From an uncultured Chlamydiae bacterium (GTDB lineage: Bacteria; Chlamydiota; Chlamydiia; Chlamydiales; Parachlamydiaceae): 64,000 nucleotides of DNA. The stretch's first letter is position 1; every line of letters starts with the position of its first letter. Location: positions 1 to 64,000 of the forward strand of contig CAWHMU010000033.1 in the NCBI GenBank assembly GCA_963830365.1, written 5' to 3'. Under the pieces are notes generated by a model. The model had not been told where the DNA came from. It did not search any database and worked only from the letters and a program-made list of their open reading frames with translations. Shown here in pieces: positions 1 to 9,400 of the stretch. Both the position numbers and the translations under genes were made by a program.

Positions 1-3
1 TTT

Positions 4-2580
4 ATGTCACTTGATCCTGTTATGCGACAAGTTAATTTACTTGCTCAAGCTCCCAATGTAACTTATGTTGTTCTCGGTGATGGTGATGGCGCTGAGATTC
101 AAAAGTCAGGACTAGCCAGAAGGATATTCGAAACCATTCGAGGATGGCTGGGTTACGCCAATCGGACAAATCGAAAAATACTTGAATGTCAATTGATTAA
201 AGTCATAAAAAAAGGTGTCGATGAGGGGAAATTACAGTTAGATCATTTAGGAAAAATCTTGAATGCCGCAAAAGCGAGGAATTGATCCCCTTAGATAAAA
301 AAAGTGTGGCTCAGCATCAAGAGCTTTACACCCTCATTCAATCGATCGTTAAAGGAAGCTCCTCATTTCAAAATCTCGGTGTTAAGATTCATGCGTCGCC
401 AGGTGGAGCTCATGATATTGTAGAAATGCCAGCACCTTGTGAGTCTTTAGGGGGATCCTCATGGCTGTCTCAGGTTATTCAGGCACCCTCCTCCAGCCAG
501 GCCATAACCTCAACTGCTGACATGGCCGATACAGTTGCCCTTAACGTTATAATGAAAACGCAGGATGACGGCGATAATGAAGACAGGTTGCCTTGGTCTG
601 CTGGCTGCCAATAGCGCAACTGTTTTGGAGTCTGAAGTTAAAAAAAATGCGATTGACGAAAGCGACTCCTCCCAGGGAAGCCCTGCTGAAAGGAAGAATT
701 TTCAAGTTCCTTGGCGGAAAGTTGAACAACTGGCCTCAAATGCGCTCTCAGAGGCGCTTAGTGAAGAGAATGATTCTGTCAACTTTTCAAACGGTAACCA
801 AGAAGAAATGCATGATAAGCGCTTAGACAAAACTCCACCTATAAACCGGACTGCTAAAAAACAAACAAGGAGAATGGCATCCAAAGCGAAAGTGATCGGT
901 ACACTTTTTTGTTGCTTGCTAGGGGCGGGATATCTCATCAATCAAGGTTTACCGGGAAGCAGTCCCGAGCATAGCCATGGAGGTTTGTTTGGGCAGCCAA
1001 ATAGCCTCAAGTTAAGCCACAATCTGACCAGTATTTGTCCACTGCGTAGCCAAAATCTGGCAGCATACGATCAGCTACTGCTCGGCGCCAGCAACCAGGC
1101 TGGAGGAAAGGCCAACATTCAATCTGTGGCTGAACATTTCGAAAACCTAAAAACTGCTACCACTAAAGAACAAGTCGTGCAAGAGCTGGATGCCCTTCGA
1201 TTACAGGGGGATTTGCTTAACCGCCGCTCGAATCAAATTGGACAAAGCAAACAATGGCCTTACAGTGCTAAATATTTAACCCAAAAGAGCCTTGCTTTTC
1301 TGGATGCCATTGAGCAGGTCACAGAAGATGTTCGCCAGTTAAAGCCCCAAAAGGATGCGGGGTGGTCTCTTTCAAGTATCACAGATGTGGCCCTCAAGAC
1401 AATAGGCATGGGGAAAAGGGGCTATCTTAGTAAATTTCCCTCCATCAGCCACGCCGAAAGTCTTTTGAAAGAAGTCACAACCTTTCAAGACTACCTCACA
1501 AAGTTTCCTGATGCAGCGATTGCCGATCTTTATTTTCTAGGGAGTGAATCAATCGATCCTATAATCCAAAAAGATGGCCAGCATTTCTAATGGGCCTTGA
1601 AGAACAAGTGCAGGAAGGGCAAGTGTCTAGGGGACGTGCCGATGAGCTCTGTAAAAAGGTTCTGGGAATGAAAGAGGCTGGAGACCTTCCGACATGGTTA
1701 GCCTTTTATTTAAAAGGTGGATTCTGTCGATGATACAATCAAGGCGATCGAATCATTAGCTAGCATGAAGGGTAGGAGATCCTGATCTGCAAATCGCAGA
1801 GCAGCTGGAACTGCTTCCTCAGTCAAACCTCCCATCGCTCCTTAAGAAATCCCTGAAGGCCGTCGGGGAAATGCATAAAATGGATAATAGATTGTCTGGG
1901 GGGATTGAAGAGACGTATTGGACACTGCATGGACTGGGATTTAAACCGAAATTCATAGGCTTAAACGTTACTGGGAAAGGAGTTTGAAGCTTCATATGAT
2001 TTTAATCCGCCTGTTGAAAAGCCTATTTTCGCAATTGATGGTTCTAATGGCGGAATAATACAACTGGGCGTTCACAAATATGCACGTTTTAGTGCGAACT
2101 TGACGCTTTCACACACCATTGATGGTGGAATAAAAATGCAACTTTCGTTTGTTGCTGAAGACAAAAGTAAGTTCTGGAAGGGCCTAACTGAAAATGTACG
2201 TTATCTCGACAAGATTGGCGCTCTTCCTTTAGACTCTTACACTCCCTCTAAATCAAATGAGTTCAAGCTAGTGTGGTTGGTCACAGACCCTGCAAGACTA
2301 GAGATCATGATGGAAGAAATTGGCCACATTGTTAGGCGGCCTCGACTAGGATATTCGATTGACAATACGGTTGCATCCGTAATGTTAAAAGAAACATTTG
2401 AGAGGGCGGAAAAATTTCATAGATATGATGTCTTGAATAAAATATTGAACTCACAGCGACAGACCTCAAAGATATAGAACAAATGTCAACAGCTGTAGCT
2501 TCAGCGGTTCAAGGTAAGCAAGCGTGGAACTCCAAGATGGAACCATGGGGCATGTATTTCAGGCGCCATTTGGATCGACT
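4..2580 (+). pseudogene. Fragmented large hypothetical (effector-like, one TM segment) gene(s)
   Basis: ORFs 4-285, 282-614, 565-1590 and 2100-2477 are all on +. Protein-like reading continues in shifting frames across 1575-2100 (WPAFLMGLEEQVQEG..., KVDSVDDTIKAIESL..., DPDLQIAEQLELL..., VEKPIFAIDGSNGG...). Confidence 0.45.
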
Positions 2581-2616
2581 AGCAATTCCTGAGAGATAGG
2601 GGGCCGGGCCCTCCTT

Positions 2617-3040
2617 TCAGTTCAATTTCGCCAAATGCGCTTCAAGGGCCTGTAAAGTGATGGGGCTGATATAGTGTTCGATCCCTTCTACATCGGTGGC
2701 CACGATGTGTGCCGGAATGCCTAACTTGAGCAGAAAAGTCGATAGGGTGAGATGCTTCTTTTTCGAATAGGCCGCCATCTCCTTGCCTTTGGCTGTCAGC
2801 TCAATCAAGGGATTGACATGATCTATCAAATAACCGTCGCGGATAAGCTTTTTGATCGTTTTAAGGACGCTGACATGCGAAATACCCATTGCGCGTGCCA
2901 GATCGCACACGCGGGCCTTGCCCTGCACAGCTATTAAATCGGCAATCATCTCAGTGTAATCTTCTGCCAATTCACAAAGGCGTTGCAGTCTAGCCTTTCT
3001 AAAGTGAATCGCGCGCGCTGCCTGCTTCTTGATCTTCCAT
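2617..3040 (-). CDS. mntR: MntR (DtxR-family) manganese-dependent regulator; 5' end frameshifted
   Basis: EDYTEMIADL..G.ARV.DLA..MG.S..V...KKL...G and DVEGIEHYIS match proteobacterial-type MntR. The ATG at 3040 joins the main frame only if one base near 3021 is removed (MEDQEAAARAIHFRKAR...ELAEDY). A TTG start at 2970 gives 117 aa. Confidence 0.85.
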
Positions 3041-3107
3041 GTTCACGACGATGCCATAGCCCAAATAAAAAATAAATCCAAATATGATTGTCAAAAAGTG
3101 AAGACAT

Positions 3108-3141
3108 ATGTAACTTCGGTTACATGTAACCAATGCTACAT
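3108..3141. promoter_or_regulatory. Tandem palindromic operator (candidate MntR boxes)
   Basis: ATGTAAC-TTCG-GTTACAT (3108-3125) overlaps ATGTAAC-CAAT-GCTACAT (3124-3141). Geometry resembles TAGC-N4-GCTA MntR boxes. Lies between divergent mntR and the 3172 gene. Confidence 0.7.
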
Positions 3142-3171
3142 ATCTAAATATCTATTAAAAATGGTTTAAGC

Positions 3172-4443
3172 ATGAGTGTCGAAATGAATGCCTTAATTGT
3201 TGCAGGTTCGTGGCCGCGGGATCACAGCCATTGCGATCTTGAAAATCAACTGACGCTGACTATGGCTGAAGAAAATAAAGCTGAAAGCGACGAGAAGATC
3301 ATCCGTTTAGCTGGACAAAGCTTGAGTTTTCCCGCGCATGGAAGTCAGCTAAAAACAGCAGAGCTGACAGAAGAAAATAAAGATGACATGGCCATTATTG
3401 GTCAACAAAGCCTTAAACAATTCGAGATGGCACAGCACATGCAAAAGCTGTTGGATGAGATTGATAAAAATTCACAGTGGTCAGCCATTGTTCTGGCCAG
3501 CCGGGCATATTGTGAGGAAGCCAAAAACAAACCTTTACTGACGATTATAAAAGGTATTGTTTCACTGGGGATATTAAGTGCGGTTTATCCCGCCATCATC
3601 GGTAGCTGGGCATGTTTAAATTCTAATCGCGTGTATGCGGTAAGCGAAATCGGCTCGGCTGATTTCGATACTGCCAGCAGCGCCGTCCAAGGACTTAGTA
3701 ACATGGGCATGGCTGTGACTTATTTGGAACAGTTGAAACACTTTGTGGCGCTGCCGATGGCGGCTTTGCTATTTAGAAGACCTTATCACCAGAAAATTTG
3801 TGAGAAAATTATCGCCGCGTACAACCAAATGCTTTTGGAAAAACGCGCGCTTTTGAGCCATGAAGAAGTGGCGTTTCTGATCGAAAGAGAGAATATGGCT
3901 CTGTCTCGTTGGGGTGGATTGGCGGTGGGAATGATTGCTATCGAGTCCATTCAACAACAAATCGATCAAGCCAAGCATGATAAACTCTCTATCAGAAACT
4001 TAGTTTGCTTAATCGGCAGTCAAATCGGGAATGATATGAGAAAATCTTCATGTGGAGAAATCATAACAAAAATTGTTAAGTCGGCGCTGCTGATTTCTGG
4101 AGTTGTGGCAGCGCAATATCCTTTAGCTATTGGCACTTATGGCAGTTATGCCTCATTTATGGTTCAGGATGCTACTGATTTAGCCTCTGCCAATGCCACA
4201 ACCATGGCGAACGCCACCTCAACGCATTCCAATGACGGACATGGTCTTGAATATATCGCCGTAGCGCTCTGCTTGAACGTTGCCGCCCTTAAGTCTTTAC
4301 TAGGAAATCAATATAAAGCTCTCATGCTTAAGGGTATAGAAGAGGCTTATAAGCCCTATCTCGAAGATAAAAGCCTGCCTCAAGAAGCCAGCGATCTGCT
4401 TTACAGGCGCAGGCGGCAGGAGCTGGCCCCTTACCAACCTTAG
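3172..4443 (+). CDS. Hypothetical membrane protein with two internal repeats, each with paired hydrophobic segments (Inc-like)
   Basis: 423-aa ORF. IIKGIVSLGILSAVYPAIIGSW...YHQKICEKIIAAYNQMLLEK is echoed by IVKSALLISGVVAAQYPLAIGTY...YKALMLKGIEEAYKPYLEDK. Confidence 0.75.
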   Translation: MSVEMNALIVAGSWPRDHSHCDLENQLTLTMAEENKAESDEKIIRLAGQSLSFPAHGSQLKTAELTEENKDDMAIIGQQSLKQFEMAQHMQKLLDEIDKNSQWSAIVLASRAYCEEAKNKPLLTIIKGIVSLGILSAVYPAIIGSWACLNSNRVYAVSEIGSADFDTASSAVQGLSNMGMAVTYLEQLKHFVALPMAALLFRRPYHQKICEKIIAAYNQMLLEKRALLSHEEVAFLIERENMALSRWGGLAVGMIAIESIQQQIDQAKHDKLSIRNLVCLIGSQIGNDMRKSSCGEIITKIVKSALLISGVVAAQYPLAIGTYGSYASFMVQDATDLASANATTMANATSTHSNDGHGLEYIAVALCLNVAALKSLLGNQYKALMLKGIEEAYKPYLEDKSLPQEASDLLYRRRRQELAPYQP

Positions 4444-4510
4444 CGACTTAGGGGTTGAACTTTACTGCAAATGTTAATTTGTGTTAATATTAAGAAAGCA
4501 GGAGGCATTT

Positions 4511-4774
4511 ATGAGACAACAACCACAAACGCCCAGTCGCCTAAACTTTGAATTTCCGGAAGAGGCACGTAGGCATCTAAAGATACAGGCCATTAGATTA
4601 GGGATAAGTGTGCGCGAATTAGCGACACAAGCAATTTTGGAAAAGCTTGCCGAATTAGAATTACAAGAGGATGTTGAAGCTGCAGAGCAAGCCTGGGATC
4701 GACATGTAGCAGATGGAAGCAAAACAATTCCCCACGCCGTGATGATGAAAAAAGTAGGATGGGATGAGTTATAA
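4511..4774 (+). CDS. Antitoxin, ribbon-helix-helix type
   Basis: GGAGG RBS before ATG 4511. RHH-like RLNFEFPEE..RHLK..A...G.SVREL, acidic tail with EDVEAAEQAW. Overlaps the toxin gene. Confidence 0.8.
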   Translation: MRQQPQTPSRLNFEFPEEARRHLKIQAIRLGISVRELATQAILEKLAELELQEDVEAAEQAWDRHVADGSKTIPHAVMMKKVGWDEL

Positions 4775-5024
4775 AATTGACTACGACATCAACTTAGCGA
4801 AAGCATTAGAGAAAGTACCCAAACGCGACGCCAAATCAATCAAAGAAAAAATAGAAAGTCTGGCTGATGATCCTAGGCCACACGGATCACTCAAGCTATC
4901 GGGCAAGGAATTATACCGCATACGATATGGTATTTACCGAATAATATATAGAATTTTTGATGGTAGGTTGGTTGTGCTGGTCTTGGATGTTGCTGGCAGA
5001 AAAGACGTTTATAACAGGCTATAA
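4764..5024 (+). CDS. RelE/ParE-family toxin
   Basis: 86 aa with LADDPRPHGSLKLSG..LYRIRYGIYRIIYRIFD..LVVLVLDV..RKDVY. Confidence 0.9.
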   Translation: MSYKIDYDINLAKALEKVPKRDAKSIKEKIESLADDPRPHGSLKLSGKELYRIRYGIYRIIYRIFDGRLVVLVLDVAGRKDVYNRL

Positions 5025-5689
5025 AAGCAAAGACCATCAGCCTCGTCCTTCCAATCCACCCTGCCCGTTAAGTCAGCCTCACCCTCTTTTATGGCTCATC
5101 ACACAAATGAGTGGTTGAAAAGTGGTTCATCATTTTTTGCAGGCATGGACAAATCCATCTCTTTGTAGCCCGTCAGCTAAGGCTTGCGAGCGAAAGCGAA
5201 GACAGCCGCAGCTACGGGAGCAGAAAATTGACTGCTTAACCCCATCGAGACAATTGCAGAAGTGACAATAAATTGTTCTAAATTGAAGTTATTGTGAATT
5301 CTTGAAGTAAAGCTCGAGTTTTTGTGTAGTTTTGAGCGTTCTAGCATCGATTCATTTTGATCCCGGGTACGATTGACTTCCAAAGAATCGCTGTATAACT
5401 CGTGAAATACTTTTGCAATTGTCTCCATCGGGGTTCTTCTCTTTTTAATCTATTAGGGTGTAAGGACATAAAGAGAAGAACCCCGATGGGGTTGTTTTTT
5501 TGTTTGTAAAACCCGTAGCTGCGGCTGTCTTCGCTTGCGCTCGCAAGCCTTAGCTGACGGGCTTCCGAGTAACAATAGGTTGAATGCTTACGAAACTTAT
5601 GCCGGCGTTATTGGCGGATCTTTCATCATTTCCCCTGCTTTTGGAGTCGAAGAGCATTAATCATTAAAAAGGCGGAGGAAAGAACATAA

Positions 5690-5810
5690 TGCCAGGCGAT
5701 CTTCCGAACGGGATAGCTATGCTTCCCAATGATATTATCGCGATTCTTTCCGACCAAGCTACAAAACGGGCACTTAGCACCAGTGCTCGATGGGTCAATT
5801 TTTTCCACGA
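5690..5810 (-). ncRNA. Candidate IS110 bridge/seek RNA core
   Basis: On the minus strand, two hairpins are each followed by CCC-GT plus a 7-mer ending in AG: TTTGTAG (5759-5765) and TCGGAAG (5701-5707). These are complementary to CTACAAA (7379-7385) and CTTCCGA (5562-5568) at the element junctions. Outer stem GCGAT/ATCGC. Confidence 0.6.
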
Positions 5811-5856
5811 ATTTTTGATTACTGCTATTCAACCGGTCTTGCTTTTCTTGTCTTCT

Positions 5857-7254
5857 TTACGCTGTTACGGCAACTAGTTTATAACCTAATTTTTCAGCTT
5901 TTTTGTGCAATCCGATCAGGCTTTTCATTGCATGCATTTTTTCATTATATTCTGCTCCTTTTTCATAATATTGCCAGCCTTCCTTACACATGTGATATAC
6001 CATAGTCGCTAGCTTATGCGCGCCGGCCTTAATCCCTTTAGAGTTGTCCGTTCGGCCGCATATGCGCCTGATATGTGCTCCTAATGCAGCATCTGATTTT
6101 TTAGCTGCCACTGCAGACATTCTTAAAGCCTGTGAAATATAATTGGCACTTGGTTTTTGCCTTTTGCTTTTACGTCGTTTACCTCCTGAAACATTATTGC
6201 CGGGGGACAGTTTTAGCCAGGACGAAAATGCTTTTTCGCTATTCCAGGCGCTTACGTCAGTCCCTCCAAGTTCTGAATAAATGAGTAGTGCAGTACTATC
6301 TGCTATGCCTGGCAGCGCTGTCAGGTCTATTCCTGTTTTTCTCCAGAGAATGGCTCTGACATCAAAACAAAGATCATTTTTCTTAGGTTTTTTGAATTTA
6401 GAAAACTGAGGACGCTTTTTTATATCTTTATGGTTCTTTGGTGGAGGCGTATTGACTACATCTGGAAATCGCTCAAGCTCCTTCTGAATGCACTCGTCAC
6501 ACTCGTCCAGCTGTTTATGTGCAAAATCGTATTGATCTAGGGCTTGCTTTAGCGAAAAAATATGTTCTTCTTGATAATTCCCTGTCAGGGCTGCTACAAA
6601 TAGGCTCTCTTCCTTTTTGCAAAGCTTATTCCTCATTGCAGCTAACTTATATGGATCTCTTTCACCGGCTGCTATTGCTCGTGTTATATTTAATCCGGAG
6701 ACTCCCGCTATATCGCTTACAGCGGTGCTCAGCTTGATATTCATTAACTGCAAGGCTTTTTCCATATGCAGAAGTGCATATTGCTTTGTTTTGATGACAT
6801 TCATGCGCTGCCTTACATATGCCCGCAATTTTAAGCGATCGCGTGGTGGGCGATAAGCAGCTCTTAATAGACCACTAGAATATAATGTTTGAATCCACTG
6901 AGCATCCACCACATCAGTTTTTCTGCCAGGTGGATTTTTGACATTTTTAGCATCGACCAAGACTGGTTTTAAGCCTGATTCTTCCATAATTTCATACAGG
7001 GGAATCCAATAAACACCCGTAGCTTCCATAACACCAATTTCCACATTAGCCTCTTTAAGAACTTTGACTATTTCACGGAGTTCAGGTGTCGTTGTACCAA
7101 ATTCCCTCACGTAAGAACCACCTTTACCATCGGGAATAGCTATATGGATTCCCTTATCTCCTATATCGATGCCAGCAACAGTAGGATCGATGTATCCAAG
7201 TTTGTTTTTATGTTGTTGTTTTTTGAAATGATTGGAATTGCTACTATTAGACAT
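5857..7254 (-). CDS. IS110-family transposase/recombinase (DEDD RuvC + Tnp20)
   Basis: AGIDIG, MEATGVYW, GRKTDVVDA, LPGI...IYSELG, SGGK, AHKLA motifs; AAGGAG RBS. Confidence 0.95.
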   Translation of the reverse strand: MSNSSNSNHFKKQQHKNKLGYIDPTVAGIDIGDKGIHIAIPDGKGGSYVREFGTTTPELREIVKVLKEANVEIGVMEATGVYWIPLYEIMEESGLKPVLVDAKNVKNPPGRKTDVVDAQWIQTLYSSGLLRAAYRPPRDRLKLRAYVRQRMNVIKTKQYALLHMEKALQLMNIKLSTAVSDIAGVSGLNITRAIAAGERDPYKLAAMRNKLCKKEESLFVAALTGNYQEEHIFSLKQALDQYDFAHKQLDECDECIQKELERFPDVVNTPPPKNHKDIKKRPQFSKFKKPKKNDLCFDVRAILWRKTGIDLTALPGIADSTALLIYSELGGTDVSAWNSEKAFSSWLKLSPGNNVSGGKRRKSKRQKPSANYISQALRMSAVAAKKSDAALGAHIRRICGRTDNSKGIKAGAHKLATMVYHMCKEGWQYYEKGAEYNEKMHAMKSLIGLHKKAEKLGYKLVAVTA

Positions 7255-7533
7255 GAACGATCTCCTTATTAGCTTTTGTTTTGGTAAAAAGAAAGCTTAT
7301 AAGAGATCGTTCTTTTTCTGAAGATGGCATCTAATGACACCGTTACTTTTCAGATATCAGCGGTAAACCGCTTGGGCGCTACAAAGAGATGGGCTTCGCC
7401 TAGTAACATCTCTATACTCTACTTCACGTCTTTGGCCCCAAAACTGGATGAATCTCTTTTCTTGGCGCCTTTTGGTTGTTCTTTGTGTTTAATTTTATGC
7501 CATAGAAGCACTATTTGCAGCCTTCATCCCTTA

Positions 7534-8481
7534 TCATTCATCCTTCAGCTTTGCCCTCGGATGGGCTTGGTGGTAGACCTTTTGCTTAAGCTGGTTCGAT
7601 ACTTTAGTGTAGATGGTGGTGGTGGTGAGGCAGCTGTGGCCGAGCATCGTCTGGATGGTCTTTAGGTCCATGCCGTTTTCCAGCCAGTGGGTAGCGATGG
7701 TATGGCGGATGGTGTGGGGCGTGGCGCGGCCTGCCAGGCCGCTTTGTTTGAAATAGGCTTCGAAATGGCGGTCGATGGATCTGGCGGAAAGCCTTTTGCC
7801 CAGCTTGTTGAGAAAGACGGCCTCGCCATCGGCTTCGGCGCGATGGCCGTCCATATCGCGGTAGCGTTCGGCATTTTCCAGATAGGTGGTGAGCCAGTGC
7901 ACGGCATTTTGGGTGACGGGGACAATTCTTTCTTTTTTGCCTTTGCCTTTGAGTTTGATCAGGCAGGCGCGCGTATCGATGTCGTGGCGGTTCAAGGCTA
8001 CAAGTTCGCTGATGCGTAGTCCTGAGCTATAAAATAGCTCCATGATGGTGCGGTCCCTAAGTCCGAGCAAGCTTGTGATATCGGGCAGTTCAAACAGCTG
8101 TTTGATCTGTTCGTAGGTGAGGGGGGAGGGGATCTTTTTGTCGATCTGGGGGGTGTCGAGCATTTCGGCGGGGTTGGCCGGGATCAGCTTGTTTTCGAAG
8201 GCATATTTGAAGAAGGTGCGCAGTGTAGAAAGTTTTCTCACGATGGTTTTCCTGTTCTTCTGCGCGGCATGCAGATGGGCCAGGAAGTTGCGGATGGCTT
8301 TGCGGTCTATGGCCGCTAAAGCAATGGGGGTGGCGGCAGCGTGTTTGTCCGGCGAATTTTCGTTCAGCAGATAATTCCGGAAGCTTTTCAGATCGATGGC
8401 ATAGTTTCTTAGCGTATGTTCCGAAGCGTTCTTGATGATTTTGAGATGTTCTATGAATCGCTTAGCGGCGCAATCGTACAT
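7534..8481 (-). CDS. xerC: Tyrosine recombinase XerC
   Basis: RD..IMELFYSSGLRISEL, KGKGKKERIVP, PHTIRHTIATHWL, LGHS..TTTIY. Start placed at ATG 8481, just after the rnz stop. Confidence 0.9.
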   Translation of the reverse strand: MYDCAAKRFIEHLKIIKNASEHTLRNYAIDLKSFRNYLLNENSPDKHAAATPIALAAIDRKAIRNFLAHLHAAQKNRKTIVRKLSTLRTFFKYAFENKLIPANPAEMLDTPQIDKKIPSPLTYEQIKQLFELPDITSLLGLRDRTIMELFYSSGLRISELVALNRHDIDTRACLIKLKGKGKKERIVPVTQNAVHWLTTYLENAERYRDMDGHRAEADGEAVFLNKLGKRLSARSIDRHFEAYFKQSGLAGRATPHTIRHTIATHWLENGMDLKTIQTMLGHSCLTTTTIYTKVSNQLKQKVYHQAHPRAKLKDE

Positions 8482-8482
8482 A

Positions 8483-9391
8483 TCATTTGTCAAAGGGGAA
8501 AGTTTTGAAGTCTTCGGCGATGAAGACATTGGGAAATACCGTTTTAGCTTCGATTTCAAAGCTTTCCAGGTTCTGGTAGCGTGCGGAGAAGTGGGTGAGG
8601 ATGAGCTGTTTGACCCCGGCTTGCTTGGCGATGGTGGCGGCCTGCTTGGCTGTCAGGTGGAAGTGGTTATAGGCCAGTTCCTGGTGTTCTTCCTGATAGG
8701 TGCTTTCGCACAGCAGCACTTTGGCATTTTTAGCGATATCGATGGCATTTTGGCATAGGCGCGTGTCTATCACCACGGCGATGCTGTCGCCCTGGCGGAT
8801 CCAGCTGACATCGTCCAGCGTCACGCGCTGGCCGTCGGCGAGGGTGACTTCCCCCTTTTCGATCAATTCGCGCACCAAAAGGCCGCGTATGCCGCGGGCG
8901 GTGAGGGCTTGTGGGTCGAATTTGCGCGTGTCGGGTTCGGTGATGCGCCAGCCGATATTTTCGACGCCATGTTCCAAAAAGGTGGCCATGATGCGGAATT
9001 TGCCATCATCTTCCACCAGGCCGGCCTGGGTGACGGGATGTTCGACGACGTGGATCGTTTCGTGATAGATGGTGCCGTAGCGCAGGCGGTCGAAATATTT
9101 TTTGCCACTGGCAGGGTAGTAGCAGTGGATCGGATGGGTAACTTTGTCCAGATTCAGGCGCATCAGCATCGAGCCCAGGCCCAGGCAGTGATCGCCATGG
9201 AAATGGGAGATGAAAATGCGCGTCACCACGGTAGGGGCGACATTGGCAAAGATGAATTGCCGCTGCGTCCCTTCGCCGGGGTCGAAAAGCAAGCCCTCAT
9301 CGTTCCAACGCACGAGGTAGGCGCCGTGGTTGCGAAAGCGCGTGGGCTGCTGACTGGAGCAGCCTAATATGGTGATGTCTCTTACGCTCAT
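8483..9391 (-). CDS. rnz: Ribonuclease Z
   Basis: [31 protein letters not shown]. Confidence 0.95.
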   Translation of the reverse strand: MSVRDITILGCSSQQPTRFRNHGAYLVRWNDEGLLFDPGEGTQRQFIFANVAPTVVTRIFISHFHGDHCLGLGSMLMRLNLDKVTHPIHCYYPASGKKYFDRLRYGTIYHETIHVVEHPVTQAGLVEDDGKFRIMATFLEHGVENIGWRITEPDTRKFDPQALTARGIRGLLVRELIEKGEVTLADGQRVTLDDVSWIRQGDSIAVVIDTRLCQNAIDIAKNAKVLLCESTYQEEHQELAYNHFHLTAKQAATIAKQAGVKQLILTHFSARYQNLESFEIEAKTVFPNVFIAEDFKTFPFDK

Positions 9392-9400
9392 ATGCTTGTC

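Larger units (their letters stand above)
5564..7380 (-). mobile_element. IS110-family insertion sequence
   Basis: Removing 5564-7380 restores TAGCTGACGGGCT|ACAAAGAGATGG, the exact complement of the left arm at 5155-5179. GCT (CT core) is present at both junctions (5561-5563, 7378-7380). No terminal IR. Confidence 0.85.
5093..7454. mobile_element. Palindromic MITE-like element (copy 1), interrupted by IS110
   Basis: 5093-5218 and 7379-7454 align with the element at 39837-40083. Long inverted arms are 5155-5218 vs 5512-5563+7381-7392. Flanks TCTTTTAT / TCTTTTCT resemble an 8-bp TSD with one mismatch. Confidence 0.7.

Noticed and set aside
5177..5428. 83-aa ORF and other short ORFs (5626-6005, 13679-13924, 7324-7665)
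   Set aside because: They lie in palindromic or IS non-coding ends or antisense to real genes, and have no recognisable motifs.
5219..7378. Alternative, longer IS110 boundary suggested by alignment with MITE copy 2
   Set aside because: It gives only a 1-nt shared core. The 5564-7380 boundary gives GCT at both ends, restores a perfect arm and matches both candidate guides.
7534..8481. Tyrosine recombinase as a phage or island integrase
   Set aside because: It is coupled to rnz in the conserved chlamydial lon-rnz-xerC order, so it is housekeeping XerC.
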